From contig CAZZHU010000007.1 of assembly GCA_964654045.1 (NCBI GenBank), positions 1 through 50,109 on the forward strand: a stretch of DNA of 50,109 nucleotides, written 5' to 3'. Positions 1 through 9,040 of this stretch are shown one piece after another. How positions within the stretch are numbered: position 1 is the stretch's first letter; every line of letters starts with the position of its first letter. The notes under the pieces were generated by a model. It was given only the letters and a program-made list of their open reading frames with translations. It did no database searches and had not been told where the DNA came from. Position numbers and translations under genes: made by a program. The DNA comes from an uncultured Leptospirales bacterium (GTDB lineage Bacteria > Spirochaetota > UBA4802 > UBA5550).

Positions 1-295
1 CGCCGAGTCCATCCCCGCCCCGGGTCCCGAAGGTCCCGGCCGGGACCGGGGTAAACGCTATATCCTTTCGCGGCCGGCGCTCCTCCCTGCCGCTGATCCA
101 GAGCCATATGGTGTTAAGGAATGAGCCGGGAGACCCCACGCTGGTGGGAACCTGGTTTCGGAACATCGCGCCGCGCCAGTTGACCGACCTGATCTTTTTC
201 TGATCCGGGTCATCGGCGGACCGCGAAGAAGCGTGTATGAGGGACACAAAAATGGCTATTGATATAATGGAAAGGATGAAGATGAGATATTTCAT
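1..295 (-). CDS. hypothetical signal/anchor-bearing protein, C-terminus beyond window edge (not in ORF track)
   Basis: Manual minus-strand translation from the ATG (reverse complement of cat 293-295) gives MKYLIFILSIISIAIFVSLIHASSRSADDPDQKKIRSVNWRGAMFRNQVPTSVGSPGSFLNTIWLWISGREERRPRKDIAFTPVP... It stays open to position 1 and has a hydrophobic N-terminus. A weak by-eye resemblance to N-termini of Lactamase_B_2/NAPE-PLD-like MBL hydrolases is unverified. Confidence 0.45.
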   Translation of the reverse strand, partial: MKYLIFILSIISIAIFVSLIHASSRSADDPDQKKIRSVNWRGAMFRNQVPTSVGSPGSFLNTIWLWISGREERRPRKDIAFTPVPAGTFGTRGGDGLG

Positions 296-347
296 GACTT
301 CTTAAGAGCCTCTCTGAAGATAAGGTTATAGTTTCATTATTTTTAAA

Positions 348-363
348 TTCGATAACTATCGAA
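348..363. promoter_or_regulatory. perfect 7-2-7 palindrome TTCGATA-AC-TATCGAA (candidate operator) in divergent promoter region
   Basis: ttcgataactatcgaa read directly at 348-363, about 50 nt upstream of the minus-strand ATG at 295, in AT-rich DNA. A related TTCGATA-AT-TATCAAA lies at 25617-25632 upstream of the ArsR-family gene. Confidence 0.3.
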
Positions 364-460
364 GTAATATATAAAAATTTTTACCATTCGTCAAGACCCT
401 GATAATTATTTTATCAGAATATTAAGGAAAACCACTCTTCATGCAAAAAAATAATTTTAT

Positions 461-481
461 CCCCCGACCCCCGGAGGGGGC
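461..481 (+). repeat. GC-rich palindromic intergenic repeat, family A copy (CCCCC-GAC-CCCCC-GGAGGGGG-C)
   Basis: cccccgacccccggagggggc matches copies at 33161, 35055, 35209 (reverse complement) and 48610. It contains a CCCCC/GGGGG mini-hairpin. Confidence 0.55.
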
Positions 482-640
482 GCGCGGGAATAGTTTTGTT
501 TTCCGTGAACAGGCGATCCGGATCTGACAATCCGGCAGATCATTGCCATGTTCCGGCATCACCCTCGTTTCATTTCAGAAATTTGTCCAGTCAAAATTAA
601 ATACCGCGATATGTTCCGGTACCCAACAAATAAAATATTA

Positions 641-670
641 TTGACTATTACACGCCTGTTCGGATATAAG
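641..670 (+). promoter_or_regulatory. sigma70-like promoter candidate (TTGACT-N17/18-ATATAA/TATAAG)
   Basis: TTGACT at 641-646 and atataag at 664-670, about 30 nt upstream of the small ORF ATG at 701. Confidence 0.35.
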
Positions 671-700
671 CCCTGTAACTATCAGGAGCCGCCATAACAC

Positions 701-862
701 ATGAAACTTGAAGACTGTAAAGCCTGCTCATTTCATTCAGATTACAGCCGAGGGCAAATATACTGCCGTTACTGGGAGAACAACATCAACAGCGTCGCCA
801 CCTATGAAGACCGCGACGCCGGCACCGTGTATGTCGTGGGATGCCCGAAAGAAAAGCAGTGA
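701..862 (+). CDS. small (53 aa) cysteine-containing protein, below ORF-track cutoff
   Basis: ATG at 701 preceded by aggag (684-688). Translation is MKLEDCKACSFHSDYSRGQIYCRYWENNINSVATYEDRDAGTVYVVGCPKEKQ, ending in tandem TGA TGA. It has a CxxC plus two further Cys. Third-position GC is higher than in the overlapping 708..1205 frame, and there is a promoter candidate upstream. Confidence 0.45.
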   Translation: MKLEDCKACSFHSDYSRGQIYCRYWENNINSVATYEDRDAGTVYVVGCPKEKQ

Positions 863-1249
863 TGACCGCATCCCCTTCTCCGGGGCCGTCACAACCGCGT
901 ACAACCAAGAACACAGCTTACATCAGGGGTGTCGCATCAGCAGGGACGCATTATTTACAAATATGACAATCCCCATGGAATTACAAACAGTAGAATCCAG
1001 AGTAAATGATTTTCTCAATAACGCATCAGATAGCTTATGGACCAGCAGCAGGAACGAAAAGCTATTCGAGCATATAAGCGTAGGCCGGCAATCATCGGAT
1101 CATCCGGTATTCAATACCATCACCGGTCTTCACAAAGACCATCTGCATCCCTGGGATTTTTTACATGGCTGCATGCGGTCTCTGCATGTGCGGGGTTCCC
1201 TGTGACACATCAAAACCATGAAGACGGATAAACATCCCGAGATAAAACC

Positions 1250-2278
1250 ATGAGAATATTCAATGTCGCCTTATCACTGCTGGCAATGACCGTGACGGGC
1301 TGCAACCTTGACGCCATCGCCGGGAATAATTCAAAGAAAAGGGCCCTGCTGTTTGCGTCCTACAGCCAGCCGATCATCGCTGACCATACCATCGTTGCCG
1401 ACTATGACAGGATCCCGGCCCGGTACATGGCCGAGGTCAGGAAGATGATGGTGGCCTTCCCCGGCGAGTCCCATTCGGCGGCGTACCGGACCGGTATGGA
1501 ACTCCTGGAAGCGCAAAATCCCGCCTATGCCTGCAACGTGGGAATCGGAGAAGCACCGACAGATCAATATGTACGGGTCAACAACAGCGGTGCAGGGGAA
1601 GCCCAATGGTTCACATGGTACGCCTACGATGGGCACAATGATGGCGGTGCCAATATGAATACTATTAAAAACATGATAGCGGAATATGCAAGCCACGGGC
1701 ATCCGATACATGCCATTGGATTCGGCTGGTGCTGGGACCTGACACGGGATGGATTTTCTGCGGCTGCAGATCCAGTCTTCGGGTGCAGGTGGGCAGGATC
1801 ATCTGTCGGAGGCCCCGATGGAGACACAGACTGGGGTCTTGATGCCGCTGATTACGCTATAACGCTTAACCGTGTCAGCATGGACACCTATCTCGGGGCA
1901 ACAGATGACTATAATGCATATTGTGCCTTGAATGGATATATCACAAAAGCCGTCTTTACTACCGGCCCCGCAGACCTGTCCGGCGAATCCGGATACCAGG
2001 GTCACTTAAAACACGAGTATATGCGTAATTATGTCAGGGCCAATAAATCGAGAATACTGTTTGATTATGCGGATATCCTTAGCTACGATGATACCGGTGT
2101 TCAAAATACCACATCATGGGACGGACATACCTTTCCGACCATAGCCGACGACAACATGCTTGACATTGACGGTTCATACGCTGAAGACGGTGATCACATA
2201 GGAGAACGTGGTGCAGTGCGGCTCGCCAAGGCACAGTGGTGGATGCTGGCGCGCATCGCAGGCTGGAACGGCAACTGA
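1250..2278 (+). CDS. hypothetical lipoprotein
   Basis: N-terminus MRIFNVALSLLAMTVTGC has a signal peptide plus lipobox (VTG-C). No catalytic motif recognised. Long clean ORF with antisense shadow ORFs only. Confidence 0.7.
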   Translation: MRIFNVALSLLAMTVTGCNLDAIAGNNSKKRALLFASYSQPIIADHTIVADYDRIPARYMAEVRKMMVAFPGESHSAAYRTGMELLEAQNPAYACNVGIGEAPTDQYVRVNNSGAGEAQWFTWYAYDGHNDGGANMNTIKNMIAEYASHGHPIHAIGFGWCWDLTRDGFSAAADPVFGCRWAGSSVGGPDGDTDWGLDAADYAITLNRVSMDTYLGATDDYNAYCALNGYITKAVFTTGPADLSGESGYQGHLKHEYMRNYVRANKSRILFDYADILSYDDTGVQNTTSWDGHTFPTIADDNMLDIDGSYAEDGDHIGERGAVRLAKAQWWMLARIAGWNGN

Positions 2279-2464
2279 TCCCTCATATTTTTTTGCGCTC
2301 ATTATTTAGTTGGACTGAAATAAAAATCAATTGACAGGCAATCAAAAAATTAAACATATAGAGCCCGGGCGGGCGGTTTTCCATTTACTATATCTGTTTG
2401 ATTGACCAGATAATTCCCGGATTGCGGATATGGGAGCGCGATACATTGCCCACATTACAATTAC

Positions 2465-4540
2465 ATGAAAAGATTATTACAACCTGTTATTGTTATTCTT
2501 GTATTCTTTCAGTCAATGCCGCTGTTAGCTTCCGCTATTAATCTCGACAAGGAAATAATATATGTCCGCAAAGGTTTTGACACCGCCTGGCTGGATGTGA
2601 TTCCCTCCCCGGGCGACGGGGAATGGCTCGTAATTCCCGGCATCACGTCAGGCAGCAGGAAAGTCGTCCTTAAAGAGCTTCCCCTCGAGGGTATGCCCAG
2701 ACGGACCTTCCTATCCCCAAAAAAGTATCCGCCGGAAAATTTCACCTTCCTGACCTCTTTCACCATGGACGAAGAGGGCCCGGCGTTGAACAGCTTCCTC
2801 GGAATATTCTTCGCCAATATCGGCGAGAACTGGGCGGTTTACCTCAACGGCCATCTGGTAAGGTCGGAAATCCATGTCAACGGCAGGGGGGAGATAACCA
2901 GTTACCGTCATTCACGGGAAGTGCTCATACCCATTGACCCGCGCATTATGGTGACGGGGAGAAACATTCTCGCCGCCAGGATCATCGGCGATCCCACCAA
3001 CATAGATTCGGGATTTCACCGGAGCACGCCCTTTGTTATCGACACCATAGAACAGCTTCAAAAACTGCGCTCCGAGCAGGCAACCATAATACTGGTATTT
3101 CTCTATCTGTTTTTCGGCATATACCACCTTTTCATTTACATCCGGAGGCGTGACGAGCTGTTCAACCTGTACTACGCCCTGTTTTCCATTCTCCTGTTCG
3201 TTTATATCCTTTCCCGCACCCATGCGGTCTATGAATTCATAAGCGATTCGACCATACTGCACCGCGTCGAATACTGCTCGCTCTACGCCCTGGTGCCCCT
3301 TATCGGCGCCTTCGTCGACCTGCTCCTCACCGGGACCTGCAGCCGCCTTACGAAGATTTACGGCGCATTCTACGCCATCCTTGTTATTATCACGTTGATG
3401 CCGGTCTCCAATCCCTTCGCCATCGACATACTGAGGATATGGCAGGTTTCCGTCATCATCCCCCTTCTCTATTACCTGTTCGCCAGGATCGGATACCAGG
3501 TCTATAGCAACTGGAAAAGGATTTACGACCGCTACCGGGCGCATGCGCTCCCCTGCCGGATCATCAGGACAACAGAGCGCACGATTACGTCCACCACGCC
3601 GGGGAACCTCCTGGCGGGAGCCGTCATACTGGTGGCATGCGCGATTTTTGATATCGCCGATTCCATGTTCTGGGCCTACGATATAGTACTCACCCAGTAC
3701 GGATTTTTTGCCTTTACCATGGGGATAACCCTGATACTGGCCAACCGGTTCCTGAAAACCCACAAGGAACTGGAAAAGGGAAACGAGATCGCCGCCATTG
3801 AGATGGAACTGGCTGCCAACATGCAGAAAATGCTGCTCCCGCCGGTCCCCTCGTCCATAGAACACTGGGACATCGCCATGTCATTCATGCCGAAATACGG
3901 GGCTTCGGGCGATTTTTATGATTTCTACTATTCGGACAACCATCTCCAGGGGATAGCCCTCTTTGACGTATCAGGCCACGGTGTTTCATCGGCCCTCATA
4001 ACCATGATGGTAAAGCCCGTTACCTTCCGTGTTTTCAACACGATGAAGGGGGAAAACCTTGATACGGTCATGAACGTCGTCAATGAACATATCTCCCGGG
4101 ATTTATCCCGCCTTGACAATTTTGTGACCTGCATCCTCCTGCGGTTCCTGGACGACAGGGTCGAATACGTCAACGCCGGGCACCCTGACCTCCTGCACCG
4201 CGTCAGGAAATCGGGAGAGGTGCGGATAATCGATGCGGGGGAAAAAATTTTCCGGGGGGAACCGCTGGGGCTGGATATCAATCGCCACAGGCCTTCAGTC
4301 ATACAGTTCAGCGTGGAGAAAGACGACATCCTCCTGCTTTTCACCGACTGCATCCTGGACGCGAAAAATCCCGGGAAAGAGAGATACGGCATCGACCGGC
4401 TCATGAAATCGCTGGGAGATGCGCCGGATGGTTCCGCTGCCGATATCCTCGATTTTTTGCTGAAGAAATTCAATGCCTTTGTCAGGGACGTCGACCTGAG
4501 GGACGACTTCACGGTTATCCTGGCGAAGAAGACTTCGTAA
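2465..4540 (+). CDS. 7TMR-DISM receptor fused to PP2C/SpoIIE-type serine phosphatase (RsbU-like)
   Basis: Signal peptide, an extracellular region, about 7 hydrophobic helices (residues ~205-430), and a C-terminal SpoIIE signature SGDFYDF...ALFDVSGHGVSSAL...NAGHP...TDC. Confidence 0.85.
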   Translation: MKRLLQPVIVILVFFQSMPLLASAINLDKEIIYVRKGFDTAWLDVIPSPGDGEWLVIPGITSGSRKVVLKELPLEGMPRRTFLSPKKYPPENFTFLTSFTMDEEGPALNSFLGIFFANIGENWAVYLNGHLVRSEIHVNGRGEITSYRHSREVLIPIDPRIMVTGRNILAARIIGDPTNIDSGFHRSTPFVIDTIEQLQKLRSEQATIILVFLYLFFGIYHLFIYIRRRDELFNLYYALFSILLFVYILSRTHAVYEFISDSTILHRVEYCSLYALVPLIGAFVDLLLTGTCSRLTKIYGAFYAILVIITLMPVSNPFAIDILRIWQVSVIIPLLYYLFARIGYQVYSNWKRIYDRYRAHALPCRIIRTTERTITSTTPGNLLAGAVILVACAIFDIADSMFWAYDIVLTQYGFFAFTMGITLILANRFLKTHKELEKGNEIAAIEMELAANMQKMLLPPVPSSIEHWDIAMSFMPKYGASGDFYDFYYSDNHLQGIALFDVSGHGVSSALITMMVKPVTFRVFNTMKGENLDTVMNVVNEHISRDLSRLDNFVTCILLRFLDDRVEYVNAGHPDLLHRVRKSGEVRIIDAGEKIFRGEPLGLDINRHRPSVIQFSVEKDDILLLFTDCILDAKNPGKERYGIDRLMKSLGDAPDGSAADILDFLLKKFNAFVRDVDLRDDFTVILAKKTS

Positions 4541-4556
4541 TAGCGCCTGCCCGGCA

Positions 4557-4943
4557 TTAAAGGGCATGAATAATCTTTTCCATCACCCTCAGGTGGCACC
4601 GGGGTTCATCGGTATCGCAATGACACATGAGGGTCACCTGCTGTTTTTCACTCAACATTTTTATCAGCCTAAAGGTAAACTTCTGCCCGTGATTCATGAC
4701 CGTGGAGTTCTTCCCGTCAACAGCGATGGAGGACAATACCTCATCCTTATATTTCTTTTTAAAATCAGCCCATGATACCCTGTCATTGAGCATGTCTTTC
4801 AGCAGTTTCTCGGAAGGTCCCAGGCTGGGCATCCACACGTCATAGCGCTCCGATTTCATGCCCCTGCCCCGGAACCGCGCGGCCAGGATGCGGATACCGT
4901 CATCATCTTCGATCGGATCGTACACGGATTTGAACTTCAGCAT
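4557..4943 (-). CDS. DUF488 (YeaO-like) family protein
   Basis: MLKFKSVYDPIEDDDGIRILAARFRGRGMKSERYDVWMPSLGPSEKLL matches the YeaO/DUF488 N-terminal pattern. An alternative start lies 4 codons upstream at 4955. Confidence 0.7.
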   Translation of the reverse strand: MLKFKSVYDPIEDDDGIRILAARFRGRGMKSERYDVWMPSLGPSEKLLKDMLNDRVSWADFKKKYKDEVLSSIAVDGKNSTVMNHGQKFTFRLIKMLSEKQQVTLMCHCDTDEPRCHLRVMEKIIHAL

Positions 4944-4999
4944 GGCCGCCTCCATTCATGGCCACAGCATGCCCGGGATTACAATCCCGGCTTATCAGG

Positions 5000-5653
5000 T
5001 CAGGCGCCGCCCCACCGCTCCATCAGCGCGCGGCGTATATCGTTGAAATCGTTCCACTGGATAAATGGCCTCTGCTTCATCTGGAGGTGCTTCATCAGGC
5101 CGTCGCGGGCGAACACGATCGTCGCGCTGCCGGCCATGCTGTTGTCCGTGGAACCGTCGCCGATCGCGACTGTTTCACCGCAATCATACCGTGACATCAC
5201 CACGGCTTTCGCCATCAGTTCCGTGTCCCCCTCGACCGTTTTTGAAACCCTGAGCAGGGGGCCGCCCGTGTCCACATCGACGGCATGGACCGCGTATACC
5301 CGCGGCAGCAGGGGCCCGAGCCTCGTCTCGACCATCCTCCTGAACCCCCCGGATATGATTATCAGGGGAACACGAATTGATTCGAGATAGTCCAATAGTT
5401 CCGTGAAGCCGGGGCGGATCGGAATCGTAAGGGTATATTCCAGGATGTCATTGAATCTATCTGAAGGTATGGATTCTATCAGCTTCCGTACCCCTTCCCT
5501 CAGCGTCATGCGGCCGGTAACCATTTCAGGGGCAACCTTCCTGAAGAGTTCCGGCGTAAACAGGTTGAACATGCCGATAAATGATTCCTGGGAGGTGATG
5601 GTCCCGTCAAAGTCGCAGAATACCGCCCGCTTGAAATAATCCGATGATTTCAT
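5000..5653 (-). CDS. HAD-IB family phosphatase (MtnX/phosphoserine-phosphatase-like)
   Basis: DFDGTIT motif I (AVFCDFDGTITSQESF), ISGG motif, and GDGSTD motif IV. Start chosen at MKSSDYF (ATG 5651-5653), just downstream of the kinase stop. Confidence 0.75.
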   Translation of the reverse strand: MKSSDYFKRAVFCDFDGTITSQESFIGMFNLFTPELFRKVAPEMVTGRMTLREGVRKLIESIPSDRFNDILEYTLTIPIRPGFTELLDYLESIRVPLIIISGGFRRMVETRLGPLLPRVYAVHAVDVDTGGPLLRVSKTVEGDTELMAKAVVMSRYDCGETVAIGDGSTDNSMAGSATIVFARDGLMKHLQMKQRPFIQWNDFNDIRRALMERWGGA

Positions 5654-5666
5654 GGTCCCCGTGTCC

Positions 5667-7256
5667 TTATCGATTGATGCTGTTGAATTCCTTCCTGTTG
5701 TTTTTATACAGCGCCTTGTAGTGGCCGAAAAGACTGTCATACAGCGCCCCGGTGCCGGGATCGGGATCGAAGCGCTTCCCTTTTTTAAGCATCCGTTCTA
5801 TCTCTCCGAAGTCCCGGTAGATCCCCAGGGCCACCATGGCGATGGTCGCGGCCCCCTGGGCGCACGCCATCTGCGGGTTCATCATCTGCACTACCGGCTT
5901 CTGCAGGACATCGGCGAAGATCCGGCACCAGATGGCGCTCTTGGATCCGCCCCCGATCAGCCTGACTTCATCCGTTGATTGCCTTGATTTTTTGAGAGAC
6001 AGCTTTTCCACGTACTGCATGCCCCAGCGGATATTGAAGGCGACCCCCTCCATGACAGCCCGGCAGAGGTCTGCCCTGTTCGTGTCGAGCTCGATGTTGA
6101 ATACCTGGCCCCGCAGGCAGGGATTATTAATCGGCGAACGCTCTCCGTAAAGCCAGGGGGTGAAGATAACGCGGTTCGACCCGGGAGGAGACTGGGCGGC
6201 CATGCGGTCCATGTCCGCGTAGAGCTCTCCGGAGGTTTTTCCCTTCGCATATTCATCGGGATAGAGTATACCCTTGAGCCATTCCAGGGCTGCCCCCAGG
6301 GTCTCCTGCTTGCTGATCAGAAGGTAGACATTCGGGATCCCCGATGCGATCGTTCCCACGTAATGCGCCATGTCAACGGCGACCGCGGGATGGTGCGTGG
6401 CAACCCATCCGGCTGTTCCTATGTTGATATGCATCCGGCCCGCCTCGATAGCGCCCGAGCCGATCGCCGACGTGAGCATGTCGCCGGAACCGTTCACCAC
6501 GGGAAGCCCTTCCGGCACACCCGTTTTCGCGGAGAATTCAGCGGTTACCGTGCCGGCGATAGCGGTCGAGGGCCTCAGCTCCGGCATTTTGCGCGGGTCA
6601 AGGCCGAACATGGCATGGATCGCGCCGGACCATGTCCATTTCCCCTGGTCCCTGTTCCGCGTATCCATGAGCCAGGTGATCCAGGCCATGTCGTAGGAGC
6701 TGACGCAGTTTCCTGTGGCCAGGAACAGCGCGTAGTCCTTCACGTCCAGGAACTTGTGGACCCTGTCATAGAGTTCAGACATGTTCTGTTTCATCCAGGC
6801 AAGCTTGCACACGGTGTCCTTCCCGTTTTTTCCGGGGAGGCCGCCGGTTATGCGCAGGATCCTGATGAGTTTCGTGACCGGGTAGCCCTGGATCCTGGCA
6901 AAGCCCTTGAACATTACCTCCTGGGTGAACCGGGCCGCGCGCTCGTCCATCCAGGAGAGCATGTTCATGAGGGGCTTCCCGTCCTTACCGACCGGTATCG
7001 TGTTCTGCATCTGGCTCGTGAACACCATGCCGGCGAGCCTGCCGGCCAGTTCGGGATGGGCCGCCAGGACATTCCCGCTGGTGCTGTAAACGGCGCCGGC
7101 CAGTTCCTCCGGGGACTGCTCGACGCAGGAATGTTCCGGATAGGCGAGGCTGCATGAAACCTGTCTGGAATCTATGTACCCGTCAGGGCCGACAAGGACC
7201 GCCTTGGTTTCAGTGGTCCCGATGTCGACGGCAAGAATGAGATTCTTTTCGTTCAT
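5667..7256 (-). CDS. FGGY-family carbohydrate kinase (xylulokinase-like)
   Basis: N-terminal ILAVDIGTTETKAVLV and C-terminal GGGSKSAIWCRIFADVLQKPV are typical FGGY_N/FGGY_C motifs. Start at MNEKN (7254-7256). Confidence 0.85.
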   Translation of the reverse strand: MNEKNLILAVDIGTTETKAVLVGPDGYIDSRQVSCSLAYPEHSCVEQSPEELAGAVYSTSGNVLAAHPELAGRLAGMVFTSQMQNTIPVGKDGKPLMNMLSWMDERAARFTQEVMFKGFARIQGYPVTKLIRILRITGGLPGKNGKDTVCKLAWMKQNMSELYDRVHKFLDVKDYALFLATGNCVSSYDMAWITWLMDTRNRDQGKWTWSGAIHAMFGLDPRKMPELRPSTAIAGTVTAEFSAKTGVPEGLPVVNGSGDMLTSAIGSGAIEAGRMHINIGTAGWVATHHPAVAVDMAHYVGTIASGIPNVYLLISKQETLGAALEWLKGILYPDEYAKGKTSGELYADMDRMAAQSPPGSNRVIFTPWLYGERSPINNPCLRGQVFNIELDTNRADLCRAVMEGVAFNIRWGMQYVEKLSLKKSRQSTDEVRLIGGGSKSAIWCRIFADVLQKPVVQMMNPQMACAQGAATIAMVALGIYRDFGEIERMLKKGKRFDPDPGTGALYDSLFGHYKALYKNNRKEFNSINR

Positions 7257-7408
7257 GATCGCCTCCTGATAGCAACGGTTACGACTATGGAACCGGTACA
7301 GCAACAACGCCCTGAACCGGCAAAGTTATCCCGAAACAATGCGCCATGAGCGCGCCCGGGAAGCAGGCTGATATCGGCAGGATCCAGCCCCCCGGCCGGG
7401 AGGGAGGG

Positions 7409-8365
7409 TCAGAGTTCGAATTCCATTCCCTCGTAGGCGATATCGATATAGAGGTCCCCCGTGCGCTTCGGGTTCATGCTCTGGTAGGTACGGGCGTTGA
7501 TGAGGACGTTCTCCAGTTTCTCGTCGTCGTAATTCGGCTCATGGTGAAACAGTACGAGGCGCCTGACGTTGAACATGCCGGCGATGTCTATGGCTATGGC
7601 CGCGGAGGAATGGCCGAACTCCAGCTTGTTGATGGCCTCGTCGAAGGTATACTGGGTGTCGAAAATAACCAGGTCCGCGTCGGAAAAAAAGCTCCGGTAT
7701 TTTTCTATGTTATCAATCTCGTTGATATTGAACTCGCAGTCGCTGGTGTAGACCATAACCGTCCCGTTCTCCTCGATCCGGTACCCGTGGGAACCGCCCG
7801 GATGGGGCATGACCTTGTTCAGCACCATGGTATCGTTGATGTAGATCTCCTCCTCGGCCTGTATCGTGAAGAACTCCTTGGTTGCCTGGAGATAATCGAA
7901 GGTGACCGGGAAATGCGTGAAGACCTGCTGGAGATCAAGGCGCTTTTTCAGATCGGGAAGGGCTGAATAGAAATTGAACCGGTTGCCTCGTATGTAGAAG
8001 GGCACGAAAAAGGGAATCCCCTGTATGTGGTCCCAGTGGGTATGGGACAACAGCACGGTGGCCGTTCCCCTGCCCTTGCCGAAATCTCCCTTCATGAGCT
8101 CCATGCCGAGGGGCTTGAGCCCGCTTCCGCAATCCAGGATGATGAGGTCGCCCCCTGACGTCATCACCTCGATCGTCGTGGTATTACCGCCGTAGGTATT
8201 GCGCACGGAGAAGGGAAGGGAACGGATGAAGGATTCGATTGCTTCTTCCGATGATATGTCGCCCGGTTTGGCGAGGGTCAGGGCCTTCCGGATTTTGTTT
8301 TCTATGGTATACCCGTTCAGGGGGGTCGGAAGCGATCCCCTTACTCCCCACAGCTTTATTCGCAT
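7409..8365 (-). CDS. MBL-fold metallo-hydrolase
   Basis: HTHWDH metal-binding motif. Start is probably MRIKLWGVRGS (8363-8365), typical for this family. The ORF-track start at 8416 would overlap the -10 box of the predicted promoter. Confidence 0.8.
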   Translation of the reverse strand: MRIKLWGVRGSLPTPLNGYTIENKIRKALTLAKPGDISSEEAIESFIRSLPFSVRNTYGGNTTTIEVMTSGGDLIILDCGSGLKPLGMELMKGDFGKGRGTATVLLSHTHWDHIQGIPFFVPFYIRGNRFNFYSALPDLKKRLDLQQVFTHFPVTFDYLQATKEFFTIQAEEEIYINDTMVLNKVMPHPGGSHGYRIEENGTVMVYTSDCEFNINEIDNIEKYRSFFSDADLVIFDTQYTFDEAINKLEFGHSSAAIAIDIAGMFNVRRLVLFHHEPNYDDEKLENVLINARTYQSMNPKRTGDLYIDIAYEGMEFEL

Positions 8366-8417
8366 GTCAACACTCGTGCTATTCTTGATATCCGATACAT
8401 CGGCGCGGATTGTCATA

Positions 8418-8445
8418 AGTATAACATGAATATTGATTTAGTCAA
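8418..8445 (-). promoter_or_regulatory. sigma70-like promoter candidate TTGACT-N16-TATACT
   Basis: Reverse complement of agtcaa (8440-8445) and agtata (8418-8423), upstream of the MBL hydrolase gene. Confidence 0.35.
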
Positions 8446-8500
8446 TATAAATATATGCATATATTGCCCTGAACTAGGGCTGGGCGCGCCCGGGTTCCCC

Positions 8501-8567
8501 GGGCGGGGAGTCACACTTTTCTTTTGTCACCAAAAGAAAATTGTGCAAAAGAAAAGTGCCCCGCCTG
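8501..8567. repeat. long hairpin (GGCGGGG...CACTTTTCTTTTG / CAAAAGAAAAGTG-CCCCGCC)
   Basis: 13-bp perfect inverted repeat cacttttcttttg (8512-8524) / caaaagaaaagtg (8548-8560), extended by ggcgggg/ccccgcc. An inner alternative cttttg-tcac-caaaag hairpin is also possible. Confidence 0.55.
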
Positions 8568-8703
8568 CTGTTTCGGCCTTCGGCTCCCCTGCGCTTCTCG
8601 ACAGACGCGGGGGCTGCGGAACTCGCCTGCCTATGGCAGGCTCAAACAGTCCTCGCCCTTTTCCCGCGTCTGTCTGCGATGCACGGCGAAACAGAGGGCG
8701 GGG
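8559..8703. ncRNA. nested imperfect palindrome: candidate structured RNA or REP-like element (strand undetermined)
   Basis: Nested stems read directly: ccccgcc 8559-8565 / ggcgggg 8697-8703; ctgtttcg 8568-8575 / cgaaacag 8687-8694; gacagacgcggg 8600-8611 / cccgcgtctgtc 8663-8674; apical gcctgcc-tat-ggcaggc 8625-8641. Asymmetric internal loops separate the stems. Confidence 0.3.
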
Positions 8704-9004
8704 GGTGAAGGCATTCTGCAATTTAATACCCTCGGCAAGGGAGGCGTAAATTAATAACCACCTGCAGTCTCTATGCCGCAGGTCCTCATAAATTTATATA
8801 CAAAACCAGTCGCCGGCCACGAGGCCCGGCGGTGCGAGGATGCCACAGGATGTGGCTTCCGGAGCAAAAGCCGACAGGTATTTCTTACATTCTTAAAAAA
8901 AACTAAACACCACAACGCGCTCTTATAAACAGATAACCCAAGAAATCACAAAATACATCAACATTTAGCCCCGCGGCGATGAGCGGCGCGGGTGGTGGGG
9001 GTCC

Positions 9005-9040
9005 GGGGGAGGAGGTGGCCGCGGTGCTACCTCCTCCCCC
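9005..9040. repeat. GC-rich hairpin (12-bp stem GGGGGAGGAGGT / ACCTCCTCCCCC, 12-nt loop)
   Basis: Read directly. No flanking U-run on either strand, so it is not a canonical terminator. Confidence 0.5.

Noticed and set aside
708-1205. 165-aa track ORF (TTG start) upstream of the lipoprotein gene
   Set aside because: It is out of frame with a better-supported 53-aa ORF (701-862) that has a promoter and RBS. Its composition is Thr/Ser/Pro-rich at the start, there is no RBS and no recognisable family. Only its 3' third (963-1205) remains an open question.
2912-3865. 317-aa antisense ORF inside the 7TMR-DISM phosphatase gene
   Set aside because: This is a shadow ORF typical of GC-rich coding DNA. 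The sense strand carries clear SpoIIE and TM-helix signatures, and the antisense product has no motifs.
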